NCBI GenBank assembly: GCA_964036045.1
Contig: OZ038378.1
Coordinates: 176,514,001-176,578,000 of the forward strand
DNA from: Eutreptiella sp. 'Long Island Sound 2002'
Taxonomy: Eukaryota > Protista > Euglenida
Length of the DNA: 64,000 nucleotides
Reading direction: 5' to 3'
Below the pieces are notes generated by a model. That model did no database searches. It was not told where the DNA came from and saw only the letters and a list, made by a program, of their open reading frames with translations. The position numbers and the translations under genes were made by a program. Positions 1-12,660 of the stretch are shown here, in pieces. Each line of letters starts with the position of its first letter. The stretch's first letter is position 1.

Positions 1-3000
1 TTACGTAGCCACCTTGCCCACAAGTGGGCCACTTCTGATTCTGCCCCCCGCTTTGGAGCGGAGGGGATCCCCGAGGCGGCAGGGGTTACGTAGCCACCTT
101 GCCCACAAGTGGGCCATTTCTGATTCTGCTCCCCGCTCTGAAGCGGTGGGGATCCCCGAGGCGGCAGGGGTTAAGTAGCCACCTTGCCCACTTGTGGGCC
201 ACTTCTGATTCTGCCCCCCGCTCTGAAGCGGAGGGGATCCCCGAGGCGGCAGGGGTTACGTAGCCACCTTGCCCACAAGTGGGCCACTTCTGATTCTGCC
301 CCCCGCTCTGAAGCGGAGGGGATCCCCGAGGCGGCAGGGGTTACGTAACCACCTTGCCCACAAGTGGGCCACTTCTGATTCTGCCCCCCGCTCTGAAGCG
401 GTGGGGATCCCGGAGGCGACTGGGGTTATGTAGCCACCTTGCCCACAACTGGGCCACTTCTGATTCTGTCCCCCGCTCTGTAGTGGAGGGGATCCCCGAG
501 GCGGCAGGGGTTAACTAGCCACCTTGCCCACAAGTGGGCCACTTCTGATTCTGCCCCCCGCTCTGAAGCGGTGGGGATCCCCGACGTGGCAGGGGTGAAG
601 TAGCCACCTTGCCCACAATTGGGCCACTTCTGATTCTGCTCCCCGCTCTGAAGCCGAGGGGATCCCCGAGGCGGCAGGTGTTAGGTACCCACCTTGCCCA
701 CAACTGGGCCACTTCTGATTCTGCCCCCCACCCTGAAGCGGAGGGGATCCCCGAGGCGGCAAGGGTTACGTAGCCACCTTGCCCACAAGTGGGCCACTTC
801 TGATTCTGCCCCCCGCTTTGGAGCGGAGGGCATCCCCGAGGTGGTAGGGTTTACGTAGCCGCCTTGCCCACAAGTGGGCCACTTCTGATTCTGCCCCCCG
901 CTCTGTAGTGGAGGGGATCCCCGAGGCGGCAGGGGTTACGCAGCCACCTTGCCCACAAGTGGGCCACTTCTGATTTTGCCCCCCGCTCTGAAGCGGTGGG
1001 GATCCCCGACGTGGCAGGGGTGAAGTAGCCACCTTGCCCACAATTGGGCCACTTCTGATTCTGCTCCCCGCTCTGAAGCCGAGGGGATCCCCGAGGCGGC
1101 AGGTGTTAGGTACCCACCTTGCCCACAACTGGGCCACTTCTGATTCTGCCCCCCGCCCTGAAGCGGAGGGGATCCCCGAGGCGGCAGGGGTTATGTACCC
1201 ACCTTGCCCACAAGTGGGCCACTTCTGATTCTGCCCCCCGCTCTGAAGCGGTGGGGATCCCCGAGGCGGCAGGGGTTACGTAGCCACCTTGCCCACAAGT
1301 GGGGCACTTCTGATTCTGCCCCCCGCTCTGAAGCGGAGGGGGTCCCTGAGGCGGCAGGGGTTACGTAGCCACCTTGCCCACAAGTGGGCCACTTCTGATT
1401 CTGCTCCCCGCTCTGAAGCGGTGTGGATCCCCGAGGCGGCAGGGGTTAACTAGCCACCTTGCCCACAAGTGGGCCACGGCTGATTCTGCCCCCCGCTTTG
1501 AAGCAGAGGGGATCCCCGAGGCGGCAGGGGTTACGTAGCCACCTTGCCCACAATTGGGCCACTTCTGATTCTGCCCCCCGCTCTGAAGCGGGGGGGATCC
1601 CCGAGGCGGCAGGGGTTATGTAGCCAACTTGCCCACAAGTGGGCCACTTCTGATTCTGCCCCCCGCTCTGAAGCGGAGGGGATCCCCGAGGCAACAGGGG
1701 TTACGTAGCCACCTTGCCCACAAGTGGGGCACTTCTGATTCTGCCCCCCGCTCTGAAGCGGAGGGGATCTCCGAGGCGGCAGGGGTTACGTAGCCACCTT
1801 GCCCACAAGTGGGCCACTTCTGATTCTGCTCCCCGCTCTGAAGCGGTAGGGATCCCCGAGGCGGCAGGGGTTAACTAGCCACCTTGCCCACAATTGGGCC
1901 ACTTCTCATTCTGCCCCCCGCTCTGAAGCCGAGGGGATCCCCTAGGCGGCAGGGGTTACGTAGCCACCTTGGCCACAAATGGGCCACTTCTGATTCTGCC
2001 CCCCGCTTTGAAGCGGAGGAGAACCCCGAGGCGGCACGGGTTACGTAGCCACCTTGCCGACAAGTGGGCCACGGCTGATTCTGTCCCCCGCTCTGAAGCG
2101 CAGGGGATCCCGGAGGCGGCAGGGGTTACGTAGCCACCTTGCCCACAAGTGGGCCACTTCTGATTCTGCTCCCCGCTCTCAAGCGGTGGGGATCCCCGAG
2201 GCGGCAGGGGTTATCTAGCCACCTTGCCCACAAGTGGGCCACTTCTGGTTCAGCCCCCCGCTCTCAAGCAGAGGGGATCCCCGAGGCGGCAGGGTTGACG
2301 TAGCCACCTTGCCCACAAGTGGGCCACTTCTGATTCTGCCCCCCGCTTTGAAGCGGAGGAGATCCCCGAGGCGGCACGGGTTACGTAGCCACCTTGCCGA
2401 CAAGTGGGCCACGGCTGATTCTGTCCCCCGCTCTGAAGCGCAGGGGATCCCGGAGGCGGCAGGGGTTACGTAGCCACCTTGCCCACAAGTGGGCCACTTC
2501 TGATTCTGCTCCCCGCTCTGAAGCGGTGGGGATCCCCGAGGCGGCAGGGGTTATCTAGCCACCTTGCCCACAAGTGGGCCACTTCTGGTTCAGCCCCCCG
2601 CTCTCAAGCAGAGGGGATCCCCGAGGCGGCAGGGTTGACGTAGCCACCTTGCCCACAAGCGGGCCACTTTCGATTCTGCCCCCGCTCTGAAGCGGTGGGG
2701 ATCCCCGAGGCGGCAGGGGTTAAGTAGCCACGCCCACCAGTGGGCCATTTCTGATTCTGCCCCCCGCTCTGAAGCGGAGGGGATCCCCGAGGCGGCAGGG
2801 GTTACGTAGCCACCTTGCCCACAAGTGGGCCACTTCTGATTCTGCCCCCCGCTTTGGAGCGGAGGGGATCCCCGAGGCGGCAGGGGTTACGTAGCCACCT
2901 TGCCCACAAGTGGGCCATTTCTGATTCTGCTCCCCGCTCTGAAGCGGTGGGGATCCCCGAGGCGGCAGGGGTTAAGTAGCCACCTTGCCCACTTGTGGGC

Positions 3001-6000
3001 CACTTCTGATTCTGCCCCCCGCTCTGAAGCGGAGGGGATCCCCGAGGCGGCAGGGGTTACGTAGCCACCTTGCCCACAAGTGGGCCACTTCTGATTCTGC
3101 CCCCCGCTCTGAAGCGGAGGGGATCCCCGAGGCGGCAGGGGTTACGTAACCACCTTGCCCACAAGTGGGCCACTTCTGATTCTGCCCCCCGCTCTGAAGC
3201 GGTGGGGATCCCCGAGGCGGCAGGGGTTACGTAGCCACCTTGCCCACAAGTGGGCCACTTCTGATTCTGCCCCCCGCTTTGGAGCGGAGGGGATCCCCGA
3301 GGCGGCAGGGGTTACGTAGCCACCTTGCCCACAAGTGGGCCACTTCTGATTCTGCTCCCCGCTCTGAAGCGGTGGGGATCCCCGAGGCGGCAGGGGTTAA
3401 CTAGCCACCTTGCCCACAACTGGGCCACTTCTCATTCTGCCCCCCGCTCTGAAGCCGAGGGGATCCCCCAGGCGGCAAGGGGTTACGTAGCCACCTTGCC
3501 CACAAGTGGGCCACGGCTGATTCTGCCCCCCGCTTTGAAGCAGAGGGGATCCCCGAGGCGGCAGGGGTTACGTAGCCACCTTGCCCACAATTGGGCCACT
3601 TCTGATTCTGCCCCCCGCTCTGAAGCGGGGGGGATCCCCGAGGCGGCAGGGGTTATGTAGCCAACTTGCCCACAAGTGGGCCACTTCTGATTCTGCCCCC
3701 CGCTCTGAAGCGGAGGGGATCCCCGAGGCAACAGGGGTTACGTAGCCACCTTGCCCACAAGTGGGGCACTTCTGATTCTGCCCCCCGCTCTGAAGCGGAG
3801 GGGATCTCCGAGGCGGCAGGGGTTACGTAGCCACCTTGCCCACAAGTGGGCCACTTCTGATTCTGCTCCCCGCTCTGAAGCGGTAGGGATCCCCGAGGCG
3901 GCAGGGGTTAACTAGCCACCTTGCCCACAATTGGGCCACTTCTCATTCTGCCCCCCGCTCTGAAGCCGAGGGGATCCCCTAGGCGGCAGGGGTTACGTAG
4001 CCACCTTGCCCACAAGTGGGCCACTTCTGATTCTGCCCCCGCTTTGAAGCGGAGGGGATCCGCCAGGCGGCACGGGTTAAGTAGCCACGCCCACCAGTGG
4101 GCCATTTCTGATTCTGCCCCCCGCTCTGAAGCGGTGGGGATCCCCGAGGCGGCAGGGGTTACGTAGCCACCTTGCCCACAAGTGGGCCACTTCTGATTCT
4201 GCCCCCCGCTTTGGAGCGGAGGGGATCCCCGAGGCGGCAGGGGTTACGTAGCCACCTTGCCCACAAGTGGGCCATTTCTGATTCTGCTCCCCGCTCTGAA
4301 GCGGTGGGGATCCCCGAGGCGGCAGGGGTTAAGTAGCCACCTTGCCCACTTGTGGGCCACTTCTGATTCTGCCCCCCGCTCTGAAGCGGAGGGGATCCCC
4401 GAGGCGGCAGGGGTTACGTAGCCACCTTGCCCACAAGTGGGCCACTTCTGATTCTGCCCCCCGCTCTGAAGCGGAGGGGATCCCCGAGGCGGCAGGGGTT
4501 ACGTAACCACCTTGCCCACAAGTGGGCCACTTCTGATTCTGCCCCCCGCTCTGAAGCGGTGGGGATCCCGGAGGCGACTGGGGTTATGTAGCCACCTTGC
4601 CCACAACTGGGCCACTTCTGATTCTGTCCCCCGCTCTGTAGTGGAGGGGATCCCCGAGGCGGCAGGGGTTAACTAGCCACCTTGCCCACAAGTGGGCCAC
4701 TTCTGATTCTGCCCCCCGCTCTGAAGCGGTGGGGATCCCCGACGTGGCAGGGGTGAAGTAGCCACCTTGCCCACAATTGGGCCACTTCTGATTCTGCTCC
4801 CCGCTCTGAAGCCGAGGGGATCCCCGAGGCGGCAGGTGTTAGGTACCCACCTTGCCCACAACTGGGCCACTTCTGATTCTGCCCCCCACCCTGAAGCGGA
4901 GGGGATCCCCGAGGCGGCAAGGGTTACGTAGCCACCTTGCCCACAAGTGGGCCACTTCTGATTCTGCCCCCCGCTTTGGAGCGGAGGGCATCCCCGAGGT
5001 GGTAGGGTTTACGTAGCCGCCTTGCCCACAAGTGGGCCACTTCTGATTCTGCCCCCCGCTCTGTAGTGGAGGGGATCCCCGAGGCGGCAGGGGTTACGCA
5101 GCCACCTTGCCCACAAGTGGGCCACTTCTGATTCTGCCCCCCGCTCTGAAGCGGTGGGGATCCCCGACGTGGCAGGGGTGAAGTAGCCACCTTGCCCACA
5201 ATTGGGCCACTTCTGATTCTGCTCCCCGCTCTGAAGCCGAGGGGATCCCCGAGGCGGCAGGTGTTAGGTACCCACCTTGCCCACAACTGGGCCACTTCTG
5301 ATTCTGCCCCCCGCCCTGAAGCGGAGGGGATCCCCGAGGCGGCAGGGGTTATGTACCCACCTTGCCCACAAGTGGGCCACTTCTGATTCTGCCCCCCGCT
5401 CTGAAGCGGTGGGGATCCCCGAGGCGGCAGGGGTTACGTAGCCACCTTGCCCACAAGTGGGGCACTTCTGATTCTGCCCCCCGCTCTGAAGCGGAGGGGG
5501 TCCCTGAGGCGGCAGGGGTTACGTAGCCAACTTGCCCACAAGTGGGGCACTTCTAATTCTGCCCCGCGCTCTGAAGCAGTGGGGATCCCCGAGGCGGCAA
5601 GGGTTACGTAGCCAACTTGCCCACAAGTGGGCCACTTCTGATTCTGCCCCCCGCTCTGAAGCGGAGGGGATCCCCGAGGCGGCAGGGGTTAACTAGCCAC
5701 CTTGCCCACAAATGGGCCACTTCTGATTCTGCCCCCCGCTCTGAAGCGGAGGGGATCCCCGAGGCGGCAGGGGTTACGTAGCCACCTTGCCCACAAGTGG
5801 GCCACTTCTGATTCTGCCCCCCGCTCTGAAGCGGTGGGGATCCCGGAGGCGGCAGGGGTTATGTAGCCATCTTGCGCACAATTGGGCCACTTCTGATTCT
5901 GCCCCCCGCTCTGAAGCGGAGAGGATCCCCGAAGCGGCAGGGGTTACGTAGCCACCTTGCCCACAAGTGGGCCACTTCTGATTCTGCCCCCCGCTCTGAA

Positions 6001-7460
6001 GCGGTGGGGATCCCGGAGGCGGCAGGGGTTATGTAGCCATCTTGCGCACAATTGGGCCACTTCTGATTCTGCCCCCCGCTCTGAAGCGGAGGGGATCCCC
6101 GAGGCGGCAGGGGTTACGTAGCCACCTTGCCCACAAGTGGGGCACTTCTGATTCTGCCCCCCGCTCTGAAGCGGAGGGGGTCCCTGAGGCGGCAGGGGTT
6201 ACGTAGCCAACTTGCCCACAAGTGGGGCACTTCTAATTCTGCCCCGCGCTCTGAAGCAGTGGGGATCCCCGAGGCGGCAAGGGTTACGTAGCCAACTTGC
6301 CCACAAGTGGGCCACTTCTGATTCTGCCCCCCGCTCTGAAGCGGAGGGGATCCCCGAGGCGGCAGGGGTTAACTAGCCACCTTGCCCACAAATGGGCCAC
6401 TTCTGATTCTGCCCCCCGCTCTGAAGCGGAGGGGATCCCCGAGGCGGCAGGGGTTACGTAGCCACCTTGCCCACAAGTGGGCCACTTCTGATTCTGCCCC
6501 CCGCTCTGAAGCGGTGGGGATCCCCGAGGCGGCAGGGGTTATGTAGCCATCTTGCGCACAATTGGGCCACTTCTGATTCTGCCCCCCGCTCTGAAGCGGA
6601 GGGGATCCCCGAGGCGGCAGGGGTTACGTAGCCACCTTGCCCACAAGTGGGCCACTTCTGATTCTGCCCCCCGCTCTGAAGCGGAGGGGATCCCCGAGGC
6701 GGCAGGGGTTATGTAGCCATCTTGCGCACAATTGGGCCACTTCTGATTCTGCCCCCCGCTCTGAAGCGGAGGGGATCCCCGAGGCGGCAGGGGTTACGTA
6801 GCCACCTTGCCCACAAGTGGGCCACTTCTGATTTTGCCCCCCGCTCTGAAGTGGTGGGGATCCCCGAGGCGGTAGGGGTTACGTAGCCACCTTGCCCACA
6901 AGTGGGCCACTTTTGATTCTGCCCCCTGCTCTCAAGCGGTGGGGATCCCCGAGGCGGCAGGGTTTACGTAGCCACCTTCCCCACAAGTGGGCCACTTCTT
7001 ATTCTGCCCCCCGCTCTGAAGCGGTGGGGATCCCGGAGGCGGCAGGGGTTATGTAGCCACCTTGCGCACTATTGGGCCACTTCTGATTCTGCCCCCCGCT
7101 CTGAAGCGGAGGGGATCCCCGAGGCGGCAGGGGTTACGTAGCCACCTTGCCCACAAGTGGGCCACTTCTGATTTTGTCCCCCGCTCTGAAGCGGTGCGGA
7201 TCCCCGAGGCGGCAGGGGTTACGTAGCCACCTTGCCCACAAGTGGGCCACTTTTGATTCTGCCCCCTGCTCTCAAGCGGTGGGGATCCCCGAGGCGGCAG
7301 GGGTTACGTAGCCACCTTGCCCACAAGTGGGCCACTTCTGATTCTGCCTCCCGCTCTAGGGGGGCTCTCAATCTTTTTTTGATTTTGCTCCCCGCGCTAG
7401 GCGTTGGGAACCCCCGAGAATGCAGGGCTGACGTAGCCAATGTCCCCTCTTTTGGGCCTC
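1..7460. repeat. 85-bp GC-rich tandem satellite (about 86 units in window, continues beyond the left edge, degenerates at about 7350-7460)
   Basis: The unit TTACGTAGCCACCTTGCCCACAAGTGGGCCACTTCTGATTCTGCCCCCCGCTCTGAAGCGGAGGGGATCCCCGAGGCGGCAGGGG recurs every 85 bp (1, 86, 171...). ORFs listed in this region are repeat translations. Confidence 0.98.
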
Positions 7461-8579
7461 CCCTTTTTCCTTTTGCCCTTCGTGTTTGCAACAGTGTCCT
7501 CCGAGCAAAGCTCTGCGGAAGGCACTGAGGCGGGCACAAAGAAATCGGCGACAATGAGTCCTGTGGGCACGGATGACACACTTAGAATACGCATGCAGTG
7601 TACTTTTATTGCTTGGTTGTTTCTGACGCTTTACCCTTGATCTGATGAAGGAGCTTACTCATCATTCATGGGCAAAGAGTCACAGACACGGGCTAAGGTG
7701 CAATGCATGCGTGGGACCGACAATCATAATCTATGCCCCCTATTATGGGCCGCTACACTCATTGGACTTTCTGGGGGTTACTTCACGCCTCCGGCTCGGC
7801 TCTCTTCCCTGCATTGTATGTTGTATGTTACGTTTTGCTTATGCACATGGGGTGCCCAGCCGTGTTTCTGTCATGACTCCTCCCAGGTATTGGCACCTTT
7901 CGATTCGTTTCTATTTTTTTCAACTGTGTTTGCCCCCAAGATTCCCCTCCCCCCCAGGCGCGCCGACGGACATCAACGTGTATGGAGGGGATACAGATAA
8001 GGAAATCGAAAGGGCCACTACATGCAGTTTTGGTGCACATATTTTGGGTTGAGGTTTCGCCCAAGACCGCTATTTTGGTTCTGCGCATGTAAATGTTGTA
8101 TGTATGTACGTTTAGAAGCACAGTTGAGCATCCCCGTGTGCTCAAATGCTAGTGGGGGGTGGCCGCAACTTTGTTTTGGCCACCCCCCGTAACATACCCC
8201 CTGGTGTTCCCCGTGAGACAAATTTTGGGTCCGAGTGTGAGGCCGCACCACCCGCCATCCGGTAACACAGCACAATAATTTTCTTTGGCCGAGCTGTGGC
8301 TAATCTGTCTCCATTGCAAAGCAACCATGCCAGTGCGGAGGCTTCTGCGTTCAATGTGTGGTGTAAGCGGGGAGAGGTGCTTGTAGCCTGGCGCTGTGTG
8401 GTCCAAGGCCACCACTTGAAGTTGCTATGGCCATACGTACGCACTTGCCTCCACCCAAACTTGCAGTTGTGTGCAACTTCAATATTCTAGCCGGAGAGGG
8501 GGGAAAAGAAAAAACTGATGACTGGGGACGCCTGGGGCTCCTCATCAGTGTGGAGTCGCGATGCCCAACCCCCTTGTAA

Positions 8580-9542
8580 AGCGGGCTAAGCGAAATACCA
8601 TTCAGAAATTCTATATATACACCAGGGTAACGTGCCCTGTTGCATGTGACAGGTGCAAAACCCAATAGAGTTTTTGTGTTCGATCCGCTGTGTAACAAGC
8701 CGTACGTAGTGGGTGCAAACACCGAGGAGTTGGCAATAGTGAACCTCATTGCCGAACGAGAAGGCATTGAGGCAAGGGCGCAGAAGAGGTGGGACACGTT
8801 TTTGGGTGAGTTTGGCAGTGTAGCTTTTGCTATAGCCCCCCTCTACTCCACCTTCCTACATCAAGACGTCGGTGTGAGCTGCCATCCTGCCTGCCTTCAG
8901 ATGCTACATTGCCTTTTGTCTAGGCGTGTTGTCAACGGTAGCATCCAACTTCTACAAGACAGATTGTGGTTGTTGTGTGAGATTGCACAGGCAGCTTTGC
9001 ACTATCGCAATTCTCCGCATGCCCCCCCTATTGAGACCACACCCAGTTGGGCCTTGGCACGGATGTATGCTACGCCCTATTGTTCACGCAGCCGTTCGTC
9101 GTGCTTTTTTTGCGACGATACAACCCACATCACGTGCCCTGAATGTGGAGATTATCAGTGTGCCATGCATGCTTCCGGTTTCTGTCCCTCGGAGATATGT
9201 GTGGCATTGCGCAAATGGAGAGTGAAATTTACTGCCACACTGGCATGCATTGTGTTCGCATTCGCCTTGGGTGACCGGCTTGTGGTTGACAAGCCGCCTT
9301 CAGTAGATGAGGTCCGTCCAAATGTGGTGATCCGTGGTCAAGAATTTTTTGTTCCAGAGCATTACCCCAAAGATGCCTCTGGGAAATTGGAGTATGACAA
9401 AAATCTAATCAAAGAGTTGGAAGAAAAGACCACGGGCGTGCTTCGCAACATGTGCAAGCACAACCCTCCCTCTGCACAACCCACGTACAAAGATAAGAAG
9501 TCGGACCTCATCTACAAGCGTGTGTTTTGCGACTTCATATAA
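8580..9542 (+). pseudogene. Ulp1/C48-peptidase-like plus Cys-rich zinc-finger-like ORF, probably decayed transposon cargo
   Basis: Reads IPFRNSIYTPG*RALLHVTGAKPNRVFVFDPL...HQDVGVSCHPACL, resembling the Ulp1 pattern IP..HWxL...xYxDSL...Q..xCG. It has an in-frame TAA at 8628 and no HW motif. Downstream is CFFC..CPEC..CAMH..C..C. Pattern recognition only. Confidence 0.4.
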
Positions 9543-9702
9543 AGCACACGTGTGTGCACCTCATATATGTATAAATATATATATATATATATATGATATA
9601 AAAGCTCCTTCTTTTCTTGAGCCTCATTTTGTTTTTGCTGACCTTGCAATACACGGTTTGGCCCGGGTGGAGCGCCACTTACACAAGTGGCCTGGAATAG
9701 AC

Positions 9703-9995
9703 CAGGGGGCACCATGCCCTTAAACATAAATACCACCTACCGTTGACCCCCCCCCATAAACTTGGTGTTTTTTGTTCAAATTCAAGTCCAAATTTTGTCA
9801 CTACCTAGTAACCTAGTAAGGAAAAATTGTTTAAAATTTTTGCTTTTTTACCTAGTAAAAATTTTTTTCAAAAAAAAATTTAAAACAACTTTTTTTTACT
9901 AGGTTTTGCTACATTTTACTAGGTTTTGCTCCGTTTTACTAGGTTTTGCTACGTGCATACTAGGTTTCACTAAATGCCCCAGGCATGGTGCCCTG
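9703..9995. mobile_element. MITE-like element with imperfect CAGGG..CACCATGCC inverted ends
   Basis: GGGCACCATGCC (9707-9718) is inverted at GGCATGGTGCCC (9982-9993). The AT-rich interior has ACCTAGTAA x3 facing TTACTAGGT/ATACTAGGT x4. No TSD found. Confidence 0.45.
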
Positions 9996-11126
9996 CTCGA
10001 AGACTGTCTGGTCCAGCGTCTGTCCCAATTTTTTCGGTGATTTTCCGACCGGGAGTCTTGCCAAAGCTGTCCTGGGTGAACAGCTCTTACACCAGTTTGT
10101 AGCCATTTTGAGTTCGCTCCATTCCAGGCCCCCCGAGATGGTAGGAGTTTTGCAAGCATTTTGATCCCTCCCCGCTTGGGGGGACCCTAATGCGGTGGGG
10201 CCCTTGGGGGTATTCTTTTTCTTCCCGCCAGGTCCCAATGCAATCAGTGCTGTATAGCTACTTCAATTCGTTCAAATTCTGTGTACACGTCATCAAAGAT
10301 TCTCTGTGTATTACATTCAACTAGAGCAGGTAGATATTACACGACAAGAACATGCAGATGAAGCGAAGGGAACACGTCTCATGCATTTTTCGCGTGTGTC
10401 CATCTTATGCATGGGTGTGTTTGAAGGCGCATCGCCGAGGTCTTCCGGGCAATGCTCCGATTGATTTTGAGGAGCGTCATGGTTTGCTACGTATTAGCCT
10501 TTGTGTTTGAAAGATTTGGTTTGCAGACATCAATTTTGATGCTTTGGAAGCAATGCCGTCGTGCGGAAGACCAAACCTGGGAATAGCTTAAGGCAGCGTC
10601 GCAGTTTTGTCTCGAAACCACCAGTAACGTCGGAGAGAGCTGGCCACGAATGGTGATGGTGTCGGTTCTTTGTTTGGTCTTAGTGTTCATGTTGGGAGCA
10701 CGTGAGGGATCTTTATCAATGAACGAGGCAATGAGAGCACGCGGTGATGGCGATTTCTCTTTTACTGCCGCGGACGAAGGGAGCGATGAGCACTTAACGA
10801 ATGTCAGTGTGATCGGATGGAGCGATTTGAGTACGGACTCAAGTTACTCACGAGGTGCAAGCGATCCTACGACTGAAGACGTTGGCAAGGGTGGCCGTGA
10901 GTGTGTTGGCTCGGGCGCATCAGCCACAACGGTGGTCTCTCCCACACAGAAAGCCTTGGACGATTTTCTTGAATACGTTTGGTCCGGCCTCACAGACAGT
11001 GATAAAACCCTTGACCCTCACGATGAGCCCTTGGTGGACGTCCATGACGATGGAGTGAGGTTTGGATCACGGATCAACACCAAAGCAAGACCCTCGTGCC
11101 GTCACACCGCACGTGCTCGCCCAAAC

Positions 11127-11547
11127 TAAGGTTCAGAATTGGTTTCATGCAAAAATAACCGATTGTTTTCAATTATTTCTATGAAAATAATCAATTATTC
11201 CGATTATATGACATAAAAATATTCGGTCATTTTCGATTGTTGTCTCTACAAAATACAATTATTGCCGAAAAGCCGTGAATTTTTACCTAAGGGATAGTAA
11301 ACACGAAAATAGAGGTGAAAGACATGCTAAACCTTTGACTTTTATCCCAAATTGCCTGTGATTTTGCAAAATCCTCTGGTTTTTAATAAGAAACATTTCA
11401 TGGTGTATCAACGAAATATTTCTTTTTCATACATAACTTGTCCAATTAATTGGTTTATATCAGTTTTCAAAATAATCAGTTTTACCGATTATTTGTCACA
11501 TTAGACCCGATTATCCTATTAATTGGTAAAACCGATTCCGAACCTTA
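11127..11547. mobile_element. hAT-type MITE (421 bp)
   Basis: TIRs are TAAGGTTCAGAATTGGTTT and AAACCGATTCCGAACCTTA. There is a perfect 8-bp TSD, GCCCAAAC, at 11119-11126 and 11548-11555. The AT-rich interior interrupts ORF 10650..11129. Confidence 0.9.
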
Positions 11548-12099
11548 GCCCAAACATGTTGCCCCCAAAGTGTCACGTGTACATTACCACGACGTCGCGA
11601 ATGCATTTGCAGGATTCAAGATCCGATTCGTGGCGGGAGGAAAGGGCTGGGCCCTTTGAAGGAAGACAAATTTGACCGACGTCAGATCTGTCCCCGGGAA
11701 CTACGGCGCAGCCAACGGAACGCAACTGTACTGTGGTACCATGCGGTGAGTACCAATGAAAGTACGCCCGCGGAGGGCAGCGCCCCAGTGGCCTCTGGAG
11801 TGGACGTTGATCCGCGTCAAGGTGCGGTCCATCCCCCACACGACGTGACGGGGGATGGTTTGCATGTTGTTGTGAACTTGGGCTGATCGTGGGGCGTGGT
11901 TGCGGTTCTGTGGTGCCGTGGGGATTATGACCACAGATCGCTGCGCACGTCTGCGTGTGCGCGGAGTGGACGCCCTAACCCGAAGCGGTGTGCGCGGCCC
12001 ACCAGGTGCAGGGAGTACCGCCGGGGGCCTCACCAAACAAAGCCCTCCGAGTCCTGGGTCTGCAGTGTGGGAATGCCGTGCGCTTGGGCGGTAATACTT

Positions 12100-12660
12100 C
12101 TCCACACGCTCAACTCAGGGTACAGCGATTTCGTCGGACAATTCACGCGCGCTGTGAGCGGCGATATCCGGAAGCAACTGAGCGACAAAGAAGTGGAGCT
12201 TGACCCTACGCCCGTGGCCGACGATGTGTCGGCGCGCTTTTTGAGAGCGTGCGACGAGATGCGCGGCAAGGGGATCTATCCGAGGCTTGTTTTCCACGGC
12301 ACGGGGCCGGAGAACGTGACTTGCATATATCGAAACGGCATGTGCTTGTGCATTCGGGCAGGGGACGCTCATGCCATTCAAATGACCGCATTGTGCCGTG
12401 CTCTCTGTTGGGTGCATCAGATTGTTGGGTCATCACATTTGTTTGTGTGTGATCCAGTAGCTTGATGGTCGGGACAATCCCGTGGTTTCCCTCCGCAGGG
12501 CTTTTGCCGCCTCAGAAGTTGCCTTTCGGTGTGGACGGTTGGTACACAGATGCAATCTGGACTGCCACGCATGCAACCACGTCCTTGGGCTACTGCCGTC
12601 AAGGGAAGATGATGTTCGCCTGTGCCGTGTTGGACGAGAACATCAGAAAACATTCCGGTA
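12100..12660 (+). pseudogene. PARP-like ADP-ribosyltransferase domain fragment in two exons (to 12337; from 12499)
   Basis: PRLVFHGTGPENVTCIYRNG joins in frame, via a phase-1 GC-AG intron at 12338-12498, to LLPPQKLPFGVDGWYTDAIWTATHATTSLGYCRQGKMMFACAVL. This resembles the H-G-T / G-x-Y / S-x-x-Y / MFxCxV PARP motif order. Start and end are unresolved. Confidence 0.5.

Noticed and set aside
1-7350. ORFs within the satellite; CRISPR array; hammerhead or HDV-like ribozyme monomer
   Set aside because: The ORFs are translations of the repeat. There are no unique spacers. No CUGANGA/GAAA hammerhead core is present on either strand, and I could not build an HDV double pseudoknot by eye. A covariance-model search would be needed to reopen this.
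11556-11760. SET-domain start (GFKIRFVAGGKGWAL)
   Set aside because: Only a short N-terminal resemblance followed by a stop; no NHSC or ELxxDY motifs found.
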